A stretch of DNA of 64,000 nucleotides from Bacteroidota bacterium (GTDB lineage: Bacteria; Bacteroidota; Bacteroidia; UBA4408): assembly GCA_040385525.1 (NCBI GenBank), contig JAZKHE010000005.1:10819-74818 (forward strand). The letters are read 5' to 3'. Shown here piece by piece: positions 19,190 through 27,520 of this stretch. Within the stretch, counting starts at the first letter, position 1. The number at the start of each line of letters is the position of its first letter. The notes beneath the pieces were generated by a model that was given only the letters and a program-made list of their open reading frames with translations, made no database searches and was not told the DNA's origin. The position numbers were made by a program, and so were the translations under genes.

Positions 19190-20101
19190 ATGAAAACAAT
19201 ATTAATTACAGGCGGTACAGGTTTAGTTGGTAAAAAGTTAGTGGCTGAACTGCTAGCCAATGGTTATGCGGTTAATTTGCTAACACGCTCTGAAAAGGAA
19301 AATAAAACAAATATCAATTATTTTTTGTGGGATTATAAGAACAATGCAATTGATGAAACTTGTTTTAATAATATTAGTGGAATAATACATTTAGCGGGTG
19401 AGGGAATTGCAGATAAAAATTGGACAGATAAACGCAAACAAGAAATAATTAGCAGTAGAGCTGATACTGCAAAACTCTTGTTGCAAAAAGTAAAAGAAAA
19501 AAATATTCAATTAGATTTTTATATTTCTGCATCTGCAACAGGTTATTATGGCGGCAAAACATTAAATAAAATATTTACAGAAAAAGATTTTTACGCAGTT
19601 GATTTTATGGGTGAGTGTTGCCATTTATGGGAAAAATCAGCCGACGCATTTAGTATGTTTGCTAAACGAATTGTAAAAATTAGAATTGGTGTTGTGTTGG
19701 ATAATGATGGAGGTGCGCTTCCAAAAATTGTTGCTCCTGTGCGTTTAGGTTTAGGTGCCGCTTTGGGTTCTGGGAAACAATTTATGCCGTGGATTCATGT
19801 TAAAGATTTAGTTGAAGTTTTTAGTACGGTCGTTCAAAACGAAAAATACAATGGGGTTTATAACGCTGTTGCTCCTGAGTTTGTAACTAATCATGAGTTT
19901 ACAAAAGCCGCAGCGCATGTATTGCATAAACCGTTTTTTCTGCCTAATGTTCCTGCTTTTTCATTAAAATTAATTTTAGGAGAAATGAGCTGTGTAGTGT
20001 TAGAAGGTAATCGTGTTTCGTCAGAAAAAATTAGTCAAGAAGGGTTTGTTTTTCAGTTTCCAACTATTGATTTGGCTCTAGAAGATTTACTTTTAAAGTA
20101 G
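19190..20101 (+). CDS. TIGR01777 family NAD-dependent epimerase/oxidoreductase
   Basis: ITGGTGLVG, IIHLAGEGIA, SASATGYYG, GSGKQFMPWIHVKDL. Confidence 0.92.
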   Translation: MKTILITGGTGLVGKKLVAELLANGYAVNLLTRSEKENKTNINYFLWDYKNNAIDETCFNNISGIIHLAGEGIADKNWTDKRKQEIISSRADTAKLLLQKVKEKNIQLDFYISASATGYYGGKTLNKIFTEKDFYAVDFMGECCHLWEKSADAFSMFAKRIVKIRIGVVLDNDGGALPKIVAPVRLGLGAALGSGKQFMPWIHVKDLVEVFSTVVQNEKYNGVYNAVAPEFVTNHEFTKAAAHVLHKPFFLPNVPAFSLKLILGEMSCVVLEGNRVSSEKISQEGFVFQFPTIDLALEDLLLK

Positions 20102-20116
20102 ACTCTCTTCTATATT

Positions 20117-20214
20117 TGCGAGGAAGAATAACGAAGCAAACTATCGCGCTCTGCAATTATTAGACCGCTTTGTTCCTCGCAGATAAATTTAAAACTAAGC
20201 ACTAACGACTAATC
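20117..20214. repeat. REP-like inverted repeat plus a short (ACT-N4)x3 array
   Basis: tgcgaggaa (20117-20125) and ttcctcgca (20173-20181) are exact reverse complements, with acgaagcaaact and agaccgctttgt as inner partial arms. actaagc actaacg actaatc at 20194-20214. Confidence 0.6.
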
Positions 20215-20292
20215 TCTTAGGATTCCAAAAGCAAAATATTTACTTTATTTTAAAACTAAAATTTGTTTACTTTGTAAGTATAAATTATTTGT

Positions 20293-21540
20293 ATGAAAAG
20301 AAGAGTTGTAGTTACAGGTTTAGGTGCTTTAACACCAATAGGAAATAACGTTACCGATTACTGGAATAATTTAATTGCAGGAAAAAGTGGCGCAGCAGCA
20401 ATTACAAAATTTGATACTTCAAAGTTTAAAACAAAATTTGCTTGCGAGTTAAAAGATTTTAATCCTTTAGATTTTTTAGAAAGAAGTGAAGCGCGAAAAA
20501 TGGATTTGTTTTCGCAATACGCTGTTATTGCTGCACAACAAGCCATTACAGATGCCGGCTTAGATGTTTCGCCAATTAATAAAGATAATGTTGGAGTTGT
20601 TTGGGGTTCGGGTAACGGCGGAATTTATACTTTTTATGAGCAAATGATGGAGTTTGCAAAAGGCGATGGAACACCAAGATTTAATCCTTTTTTTATTCCT
20701 AAAATTATAGTTGATATTGCTTCGGGTTGGATATCAATAAAGAATGGTTACCGTGGAATAAATCACACAACGGTTTCTGCATGTGCATCTTCTAACACTG
20801 CAATTGCAGATGCGTACAATTATATTTGTTGGAACAAAGCCGATGCAATTATTACGGGTGGCTCTGAGGCTGCAATAAATCCATCAGCTATTGGCGGATT
20901 TAATGCTTGTATGGCATTATCAACAAACAATAACGAACCAACAACTGCAAGCCGACCTTTTGATGTTAAGCGAGATGGGTTTGTGATGGGGGAGGGTGCC
21001 GGAGCGTTAGTTTTAGAAGAATTAGAACATGCAAAAAAGCGCGGTGCAAAAATTTATGCAGAAGTTGTAGGCGAAGGTATGAGTGCCGATGCTTTTCATT
21101 TAACTGCAACACACCCAGAAGGTGCTGGCGCAATTTTAGGAATGACAAAAGCATTAAAAGATGCAGGTATTTCTGCTGATAAAATCGATTATTTAAACGC
21201 GCACGCTACATCAACTCCGCTTGGAGATATTAGTGAATTAAAAGCTACGTATAACGTTTTTGGCGCTAATAAAAATTTAACTGTTGGCGCAACAAAATCT
21301 ATGACTGGCCATTTGTTAGGCGCAGCTGGTGCAATAGAAGCCATAGCAAGTATTTTAGCTGTTAAAAATAATATTATTCCACCAACTATAAATACTTCTG
21401 AACCCGATGCTGCTATACCACAAGGAATGCAAATTAGTTTTGGAAAAGCAATTGAAAAGAAAGTAGATTATGCAATGAGTAATACCTTTGGTTTTGGTGG
21501 ACACAATGCAACAACTATTTTTAAGAAGTTTGAAGAATAG
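20293..21540 (+). CDS. fabF: Beta-ketoacyl-ACP synthase II
   Basis: RRVVVTGLG, catalytic Cys in VSACASS, His in NAHATST and GHLLGAAG, and SNTFGFGGHNA. Not in an acpP-fabF-rnc context. Confidence 0.95.
   Translation: MKRRVVVTGLGALTPIGNNVTDYWNNLIAGKSGAAAITKFDTSKFKTKFACELKDFNPLDFLERSEARKMDLFSQYAVIAAQQAITDAGLDVSPINKDNVGVVWGSGNGGIYTFYEQMMEFAKGDGTPRFNPFFIPKIIVDIASGWISIKNGYRGINHTTVSACASSNTAIADAYNYICWNKADAIITGGSEAAINPSAIGGFNACMALSTNNNEPTTASRPFDVKRDGFVMGEGAGALVLEELEHAKKRGAKIYAEVVGEGMSADAFHLTATHPEGAGAILGMTKALKDAGISADKIDYLNAHATSTPLGDISELKATYNVFGANKNLTVGATKSMTGHLLGAAGAIEAIASILAVKNNIIPPTINTSEPDAAIPQGMQISFGKAIEKKVDYAMSNTFGFGGHNATTIFKKFEE
21486..21540 (+). repeat. Direct repeat copy 1 (fabF 3' end)
   Basis: 55 bp, collinear with 22194-22248 at 48/55 identity. 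Identical 30-bp core acaatgcaacaactatttttaagaagtttg at 21503-21532. Confidence 0.9.
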
Positions 21541-21670
21541 TTTTTTTTAAACGCAAAGTGCACAGTTACTTTTGGCGGAGAAGCGCAAAGATTTTTAAAA
21601 AATTCATTGAGTAAATTTTAATTTGCAAATTTTGACTTTTTTTTGTAACTTGTATAAAATTATTTTAGAA

Positions 21671-21895
21671 ATGACATTAGCTCAAAAAAAAATATTTCTT
21701 GCGCTACGATTGCTTCAAACAGAAAATAAAGAAATTTTAAAAGCTGTTGATTTATTATTTGAACAAGAAAATGAAAACTATGAACTTACTTTGGCTCAAA
21801 AAAACGAGTTAGACAAGCGTTTAAAGTCAATTGAGGATGGAACTGCTAAGTTTTTTACTTGGGAAGAAGCCAAAAAAAGAATTTTAAAGAAATAA
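21671..21895 (+). CDS. Addiction-module antitoxin (TIGR02574/Unstab_antitox-like)
   Basis: LTLAQKNELDKRLKSIEDGTAKFFTWEEAKKRI. Stop abuts the toxin ATG (TAAATG). Confidence 0.8.
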   Translation: MTLAQKKIFLALRLLQTENKEILKAVDLLFEQENENYELTLAQKNELDKRLKSIEDGTAKFFTWEEAKKRILKK

Positions 21896-22186
21896 ATGTA
21901 TCCCGTTATATTTTTAGAAAAAGCAATTGCAGAGCTAGAAGATGCTTTTGTTTATCTTGAGGAAAAAGAAAATAATTTGGGTTTGAAGTTTATTAAGAAA
22001 ACAGAAGAATATCTATCAATAATTCAGAAAAACCCTGCTATTTTTGTTGATGATTATAAAGGAGTAAGACAAGTAAGAATAGTTCCTTTTTCTTATATTT
22101 TGCGATATAAAGTATTTAAAAAATATCTTGCTATAATTCAAATTTATCATAGTAAACAAAATTCAATTAAAAAAAGGAAAGCCTAA
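21896..22186 (+). CDS. RelE/ParE family toxin
   Basis: FLEKAIAELEDAFVYLEEKENNLGLKF...PFSYILRYKV...IIQIYH. Confidence 0.85.
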   Translation: MYPVIFLEKAIAELEDAFVYLEEKENNLGLKFIKKTEEYLSIIQKNPAIFVDDYKGVRQVRIVPFSYILRYKVFKKYLAIIQIYHSKQNSIKKRKA

Positions 22187-22193
22187 ACTCAAT

Positions 22194-22248
22194 CTTTGGT
22201 TTTAGCGAATACAATGCAACAACTATTTTTAAGAAGTTTGTTGAATAA
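22194..22248 (+). repeat. Direct repeat copy 2, degenerate fabF C-terminal remnant
   Basis: Translates FGFSEYNATTIFKKFVE* versus FabF FGFGGHNATTIFKKFEE*. Identical core at 22211-22240. Confidence 0.9.
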
Positions 22249-22318
22249 GGTTAGTGTGCTAATTTAAAATTGTGCTGATGAACTAATTAACAATAGCAAA
22301 ACAAACGGTGAGTGGCTT

Positions 22319-22345
22319 TGTCATGTTGAGTGCAACGAAATATCT
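22319..22345. repeat. REP-like element (TGTCAT..TGAG...ACGAA..ATCT)
   Basis: tgtcatgttgagtgcaacgaaatatct, similar to 53516-53540. Confidence 0.5.
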
Positions 22346-22395
22346 GAGCGTTGGTTTTTGTGTAATTAATTTTTAATATATTTGATTTAGATATT

Positions 22396-24594
22396 ATGCG
22401 TAAAATTAAGATACTCGCTTTTTTATTTTCTTTTATTTGTTGTTTAAATTTTGCAAAAGCGCAAAGTATAAATTTAGCAGAGATGGATACTGCTTTTTGC
22501 CAATGTGTTGAAACATCTAGCTGGAAGGACACAGTCGCTATTTATAATCTCGTTATTAAAAAAGATAATAATTTTAGTAATGTTTTTGATACAGTATTAA
22601 GTAAATGGCAAAAATATAACAAAGATGAAAAATTTTCTGATGTATTTTGGTTAGCATTTAAGGTTATTGTACCCAAAAAATATATAAATTATCCTCTTGT
22701 TTTGCGTACATACTCATCACATTTGATTCCAATGGAATTTTATTTTAATGGTAAAAGAATTAAAGGTATAAGAGGCGTTGTTGGTAATAATATAAAAGAA
22801 GAAAAAACTTTTGAAGCACACCATTATTTTGACAACTCATTTGCTATTTCTTTCGCTAATGAGATTAACTACATTTATGTAAGAGCATCTAATTTTAATG
22901 AAGAAACAATACCGTCAAGTTTTTTTAGTTTTGAAAAGCAATCAACTTTTAATGCTGAATTTAAAAATGAAATTACAGGAGATTACAGTAACTTGATTAT
23001 TGTAGTTTTTCTTGTTTCTGTTTTTTTAATTTATCTTTTACTTTATTTATTTGGATTAAAAGAAAAGAAATACATTTTTGGAGCTCTTTTTTTTCTGTTT
23101 TTTTCTTTTGTTTTTATCCCATCTATTTCACTTTTTTCTACAGGAGTTTTTTCTGGTTTTGGAACCTTTGATTATTTTTTTTTCTCTCTTTTAATAGTCA
23201 TTCCTTTGTTTTTTTTACTTTTCGTTTATTCCTTTTTTAAAAGTGTAGTGAAAAGAAAATGGATTTTTACTATACATAGTATTATGTATCCTTTGGCTAT
23301 TTTATGTGCAATTTCAGTTGTTACAGATTATTTTGAAGAATATAGTGAGTTTGCAGCGGTCTTTATTTTTGGACTTTATTTATTTACTTTTTTTGATGTA
23401 ATTAGAATATTAATAAATCAAATAAAGGCAAGGACACAAAGTGCTGTTGTCATATTATTCGGCTTCATTGTTACTATTTCATTAATGATTACGTATATTA
23501 TATTTTCCTTTTTTTTGAGTGAAATTGAATCACAACTCGTTGACGTTTATATGAGCATAGCTGTTTTAATTATGTTTTTACCAATACCTTTTTCTATATT
23601 AATCGCCTTAATACGAGATTATGTTGGTACAAACAAAGGCTTGGTTTTGCAATTGGCAAAGGTTGAAGAATTAACTGCTTTAACATTAAAGGAGCAAGCA
23701 GAAAAACAACAAATGCTCAGCGAGCAAAATACCATTTTAGAAAAGCAAGTAAATGAACGCACTAAAGAAATTGCAAATCAAAAGCATATTGTTGAAGAAA
23801 TTAACAAAGAAATTACTGATAGCATAAACTATGCTCAAAAAATACAATCAACTTTAATGGCGTCAACTAAATTGTTAAACGACAATTTAAAAAACGAGGA
23901 GTTGGAAAAAGATTATTTAATTTTATATAAACCAAAAGATATTGTAAGTGGTGATTTTTACTGGGCACATAAACATGAAAATAGTTTTGTTTTAATAACA
24001 GCCGATTGTACAGGTCATGGTGTTCCTGGTGCTTTTATGAGTTTGCTATGCGTAAGTTATTTAAACGAAGTAGTAAAAGAACAAAAAACAGTACAACCCA
24101 ATAAAATTTTTGATGCTGTTCGTGCAAAAATTGTTTCAAATTTTACAACTGGAGAAAATAGCGAACGAAAAGATGGTATGGATGCTGTTTGCTGTAAGTT
24201 TAATTTTGATGAAAATATTTTGGAGTATGCAGCAGCCAACAATCCTATAGTATTACTTATTCCTGATGAAAATAACAATTATATTTTAGAAGAAATAAAG
24301 CCTGATAAAATGCCCGTTGGTGTTAATCACGATGGAAATTATTTGCCATTTAATTCAGGCACAAAACTATTAAAAAAAGGCACTATTGTTTATACTTTTA
24401 GTGATGGATATGTTGATCAATTTGGTGGTGAAAGAGGAAAGAAGTTTATGTATAAACAATTAAGAGAATTATTATTGTCGATTGCTAATTTGCCATTAAC
24501 TAAACAAAAAGAAATTTTAGATTCAACAATCGAAAGCTGGAAAGGTAGTTCAGAACAAGTTGATGATATTTTAGTAGTTGCTGTTAAAGTTTAA
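22396..24594 (+). CDS. Membrane sensor (extracellular domain, about 7 TM helices, coiled coil) fused to a SpoIIE/PP2C phosphatase
   Basis: Signal peptide, hydrophobic 7TM region, then DSINYAQKIQ, PKDIVSGDFYW, ADCTGHGVPGAFMS, DGMD, FSDGYVDQFGG and QVDDIL. Confidence 0.9.
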   Translation: MRKIKILAFLFSFICCLNFAKAQSINLAEMDTAFCQCVETSSWKDTVAIYNLVIKKDNNFSNVFDTVLSKWQKYNKDEKFSDVFWLAFKVIVPKKYINYPLVLRTYSSHLIPMEFYFNGKRIKGIRGVVGNNIKEEKTFEAHHYFDNSFAISFANEINYIYVRASNFNEETIPSSFFSFEKQSTFNAEFKNEITGDYSNLIIVVFLVSVFLIYLLLYLFGLKEKKYIFGALFFLFFSFVFIPSISLFSTGVFSGFGTFDYFFFSLLIVIPLFFLLFVYSFFKSVVKRKWIFTIHSIMYPLAILCAISVVTDYFEEYSEFAAVFIFGLYLFTFFDVIRILINQIKARTQSAVVILFGFIVTISLMITYIIFSFFLSEIESQLVDVYMSIAVLIMFLPIPFSILIALIRDYVGTNKGLVLQLAKVEELTALTLKEQAEKQQMLSEQNTILEKQVNERTKEIANQKHIVEEINKEITDSINYAQKIQSTLMASTKLLNDNLKNEELEKDYLILYKPKDIVSGDFYWAHKHENSFVLITADCTGHGVPGAFMSLLCVSYLNEVVKEQKTVQPNKIFDAVRAKIVSNFTTGENSERKDGMDAVCCKFNFDENILEYAAANNPIVLLIPDENNNYILEEIKPDKMPVGVNHDGNYLPFNSGTKLLKKGTIVYTFSDGYVDQFGGERGKKFMYKQLRELLLSIANLPLTKQKEILDSTIESWKGSSEQVDDILVVAVKV

Positions 24595-24617
24595 TTGGCG
24601 AATAATCTAATTTTTAT

Positions 24618-24702
24618 TCTTTGCTCTTAAATCTTGCTTCTTGTATCTCAACACTACTAATCCAAAAACTCATAACTCAACACTCATAATTTATAACTCA
24701 AT
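24618..24702. repeat. Heptamer arrays (TCT-N4)x5 and (ACT-N4)x5 between convergent genes
   Basis: tctttgc tcttaaa tcttgct tcttgta tctcaac (24618-24652) and actcata actcaac actcata atttata actcaat (24668-24702). Confidence 0.75.
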
Positions 24703-25678
24703 ATTCTCTTTCCATTAACTTGTGTGCGAGTCTATCTAGCTCGTATTTGTTTTCGGTTGAAACGTTTACCAACTTTAAATAGTTTAGCGCTATTTCAAAA
24801 TGATTGTTCATTTCTTGCTCAGCTAATTCTCTAACGTTTAGTTCATTGTAGATATTGGTTACGGAAGTAACTTTTTCTTTTGCGTTAAATTCTTTTTTAT
24901 TTATCCAGTTGTTTAGTTCTTTGCTTTGCTCTGCATTACAAAGCTCTATAGCTTTTAATAATAAAAATGTTTTTTTGTTACTTATTATATCGCCACCAAC
25001 TTGTTTACCAACTTTTTCAGCATCGCCAAATACATCTAAAATGTCATCTTGCAATTGAAAAGCAATACCTATGTGCATTCCAAAATGATAAATCCAGTTA
25101 GCGTTTTCTTCGCTGGCATTACCAATGTATGCGCCAATTTTTAATGCGCCACCTAAAAGCACTGCTGTTTTTAAGCGAATCATTTCTATGTAATCATCAA
25201 TTTTAACATGACTTTGTGTTTCAAAATTCATGTCTAATTGTTGTCCTTCGCACACTTCAACAGCGGTTTGAAAAAAGCAATCTAACACTTGTTTTGTGTT
25301 AGTAGTATTTGCCAATAAAAATTGCTGACATGCTTTTACAAACATGGTATCGCCACTTAAAATTGCAATATTGCTATTCCATTTTTCATGAACGGTTTCT
25401 TTACCTCTGCGCAATGGAGCGTTGTCCATTATATCGTCGTGCAACAACGTAAAGTTGTGAAACAGCTCTATTCCTAATGCTGCTGGCACTGCATGTTTTA
25501 CGTTGCCACCAAACATTTCGCAACCTAACAAAACCAAAACAGGACGAATTCTTTTTCCGCCTAATTGCAATGTATACTGAATGGGTTCGTAAAGTTCTAT
25601 TGGTTTTGAAACAATAGAATTTGATAATGAATTAATTTCAATATCTAATAAATGGCGAAGTTCTTTGGCTTTGTACAA
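24698..25678 (-). CDS. Polyprenyl (FPP/GGPP-type) diphosphate synthase
   Basis: GGKRIRP, FHNFTLLHDDIMD (first Asp-rich motif), VCEGQQLDM, IRLKTAVL and AFQLQDDILD. TTG start. Confidence 0.93.
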   Translation of the reverse strand: MYKAKELRHLLDIEINSLSNSIVSKPIELYEPIQYTLQLGGKRIRPVLVLLGCEMFGGNVKHAVPAALGIELFHNFTLLHDDIMDNAPLRRGKETVHEKWNSNIAILSGDTMFVKACQQFLLANTTNTKQVLDCFFQTAVEVCEGQQLDMNFETQSHVKIDDYIEMIRLKTAVLLGGALKIGAYIGNASEENANWIYHFGMHIGIAFQLQDDILDVFGDAEKVGKQVGGDIISNKKTFLLLKAIELCNAEQSKELNNWINKKEFNAKEKVTSVTNIYNELNVRELAEQEMNNHFEIALNYLKLVNVSTENKYELDRLAHKLMEREY

Positions 25679-25710
25679 AATGTGCTTTTATTAATTTAAG
25701 AGTTAAACAA

Positions 25711-26646
25711 TTAAATAATAAAATGGTTGTTGTTTATCACAATTTTTAATCCTTCATCAAGTGGTAAAGGCGCTCTAGGCAACAACTCTTTCATTTTGCT
25801 AATGTCGGGTTTGCGTCTAGTCATATCGCCTTCTTCTAAAGGTGGTAAGTGTACAATTTTAGATTTTGAATTAGTAATCGAAATTATTTTTTTTGCTAAA
25901 TCTAAAATAGTTACTTCGTTTTCTCCACCAATATTTACAACATCGTTTACAAATTTATTTTTGTAAAACGCTTCTAAACAAGCATCAACATTATCGTCAA
26001 CAAAACAAAAAGTACGCGTTTGGCTACCATCGCCATATACTTCTATATCTTCGTTTTTAAGCGCTTTCGATATAAATTTAGAGATAACAAAATCTTTACT
26101 TTGTTTTGGTCCGTAGGTATTAAAAAATCTAAAAATAGTGTACTCTAAACCAAACTCTTGGTGATACGATTTTAAAAATGCTTCGCCAACATTTTTTACA
26201 ATTGCATAAGGTAGTCTTGAGTTTAATGGAGTTGTATCTTCGTTTTGAGGAAACTCTACTGGCTCACCATAAACTTCTGATGACGACGAAAAGAAAACTC
26301 TTTTTACACCGGTGTTTTTTGCGGCAGTTAAAACATGTTTTATTCCGCTAATATCTTCTAAAACCCAAACAGGATTATCAAGTGTTCGTTTTACACCAAC
26401 TAGTGCAGCGTAATGAAAAACATAGTCGAACGAGTGAGCAACAAAAATGCTTGTAATTTCTCGCCAATCGTTTACGTTTGCTTTTATAAAACGAATATTG
26501 TTGTGCGCTGAAGTTGGAATTTTATCGATAGAACCCGTTACTAACTTATCTACAATAACAACAAAATTATCAGGATTGCTCGCTAATTTTTCTGCAACAG
26601 CGCTGGCTATAAAACCCGCACCACCTGTAACTAAAATTTTACTCAT
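25711..26646 (-). CDS. NAD-dependent nucleotide-sugar epimerase/dehydratase (UDP-glucuronate decarboxylase-like)
   Basis: VTGGAGFIAS, SSSSEVYG, YxxxK (YAIVK), RFFNTYGP and GDGSQTRTFCFVDD. Confidence 0.88.
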   Translation of the reverse strand: MSKILVTGGAGFIASAVAEKLASNPDNFVVIVDKLVTGSIDKIPTSAHNNIRFIKANVNDWREITSIFVAHSFDYVFHYAALVGVKRTLDNPVWVLEDISGIKHVLTAAKNTGVKRVFFSSSSEVYGEPVEFPQNEDTTPLNSRLPYAIVKNVGEAFLKSYHQEFGLEYTIFRFFNTYGPKQSKDFVISKFISKALKNEDIEVYGDGSQTRTFCFVDDNVDACLEAFYKNKFVNDVVNIGGENEVTILDLAKKIISITNSKSKIVHLPPLEEGDMTRRKPDISKMKELLPRAPLPLDEGLKIVINNNHFII

Positions 26647-27506
26647 TATTTTATTTGATTAAGTAAGTAATCGCCATAACCACTTTTTAAAAGCGGTGTT
26701 GATATTTCTTTTAATTGTTCTTTGTTTATAAAACCCATTCGGTAAGCAATTTCTTCAATGCAACCAATTTTTAAACCTTGTCTTTCTTCAATTACTTGAA
26801 CAAATTGTCCGGCTTGCATTAACGATGCAAATGTGCCAGTATCTAACCAAGCTGTACCTCTATCTAAAATACCAACTTTTAATTTACCCATCTCTAAATA
26901 CTTTTTATTTACATCAGTAATTTCGTATTCGCCCCGCGGACTAGGTTTTAAATTTTTTGCAATTTCTATTACTGAGTTGTCATAAAAATACAAACCTGGT
27001 ACCGCATAATTTGATTTTGGTTTTACAGGTTTTTCTTCAATAGAAATTACTTTGTTATTGTCGTCAAATTCTACAACTCCATAACGCTCTGGGTCTGATA
27101 CATGGTATGCAAAAACTACGCCGCCATCAGGATTTTGATGTTGTTGTAATAATCTGCCTAAGCCTTGACCATAAAAAATATTATCGCCTAAAACTAGAGC
27201 AACTTTATCGTTACCAATAAATTTTTCTCCAATAACAAATGCTTGTGCTAATCCATTAGGAACTTCTTGCACAGCGTAACTAAAGCTACACCCTAATTTT
27301 TTTCCATCGCCCAAAAGTTTTTCAAAATTTGGTAAATCACTTGGTGTAGAAATAATTAATATTTCTTTTATGCCTGCCATCATTAATAACGATAGCGGAT
27401 AATAAATCATTGGTTTGTCGTAAACTGGCATTAACTGTTTGCTAACCGCTAAAGTTAGAGGGTGTAACCTAGTTCCAGAACCTCCTGCTAAAATTATTCC
27501 TTTCAT
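26646..27506 (-). CDS. rfbA: Glucose-1-phosphate thymidylyltransferase
   Basis: [46 protein letters not shown] and WLDTGT. Confidence 0.97.
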   Translation of the reverse strand: MKGIILAGGSGTRLHPLTLAVSKQLMPVYDKPMIYYPLSLLMMAGIKEILIISTPSDLPNFEKLLGDGKKLGCSFSYAVQEVPNGLAQAFVIGEKFIGNDKVALVLGDNIFYGQGLGRLLQQHQNPDGGVVFAYHVSDPERYGVVEFDDNNKVISIEEKPVKPKSNYAVPGLYFYDNSVIEIAKNLKPSPRGEYEITDVNKKYLEMGKLKVGILDRGTAWLDTGTFASLMQAGQFVQVIEERQGLKIGCIEEIAYRMGFINKEQLKEISTPLLKSGYGDYLLNQIK

Positions 27507-27520
27507 AAAAATTGTGTTTA

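Larger units (their letters stand above)
21541..22248. mobile_element. Putative integrated toxin-antitoxin islet at the fabF 3' end, no integrase
   Basis: TA pair bounded by the fabF 3' end and a degenerate duplicate of it. Confidence 0.5.
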
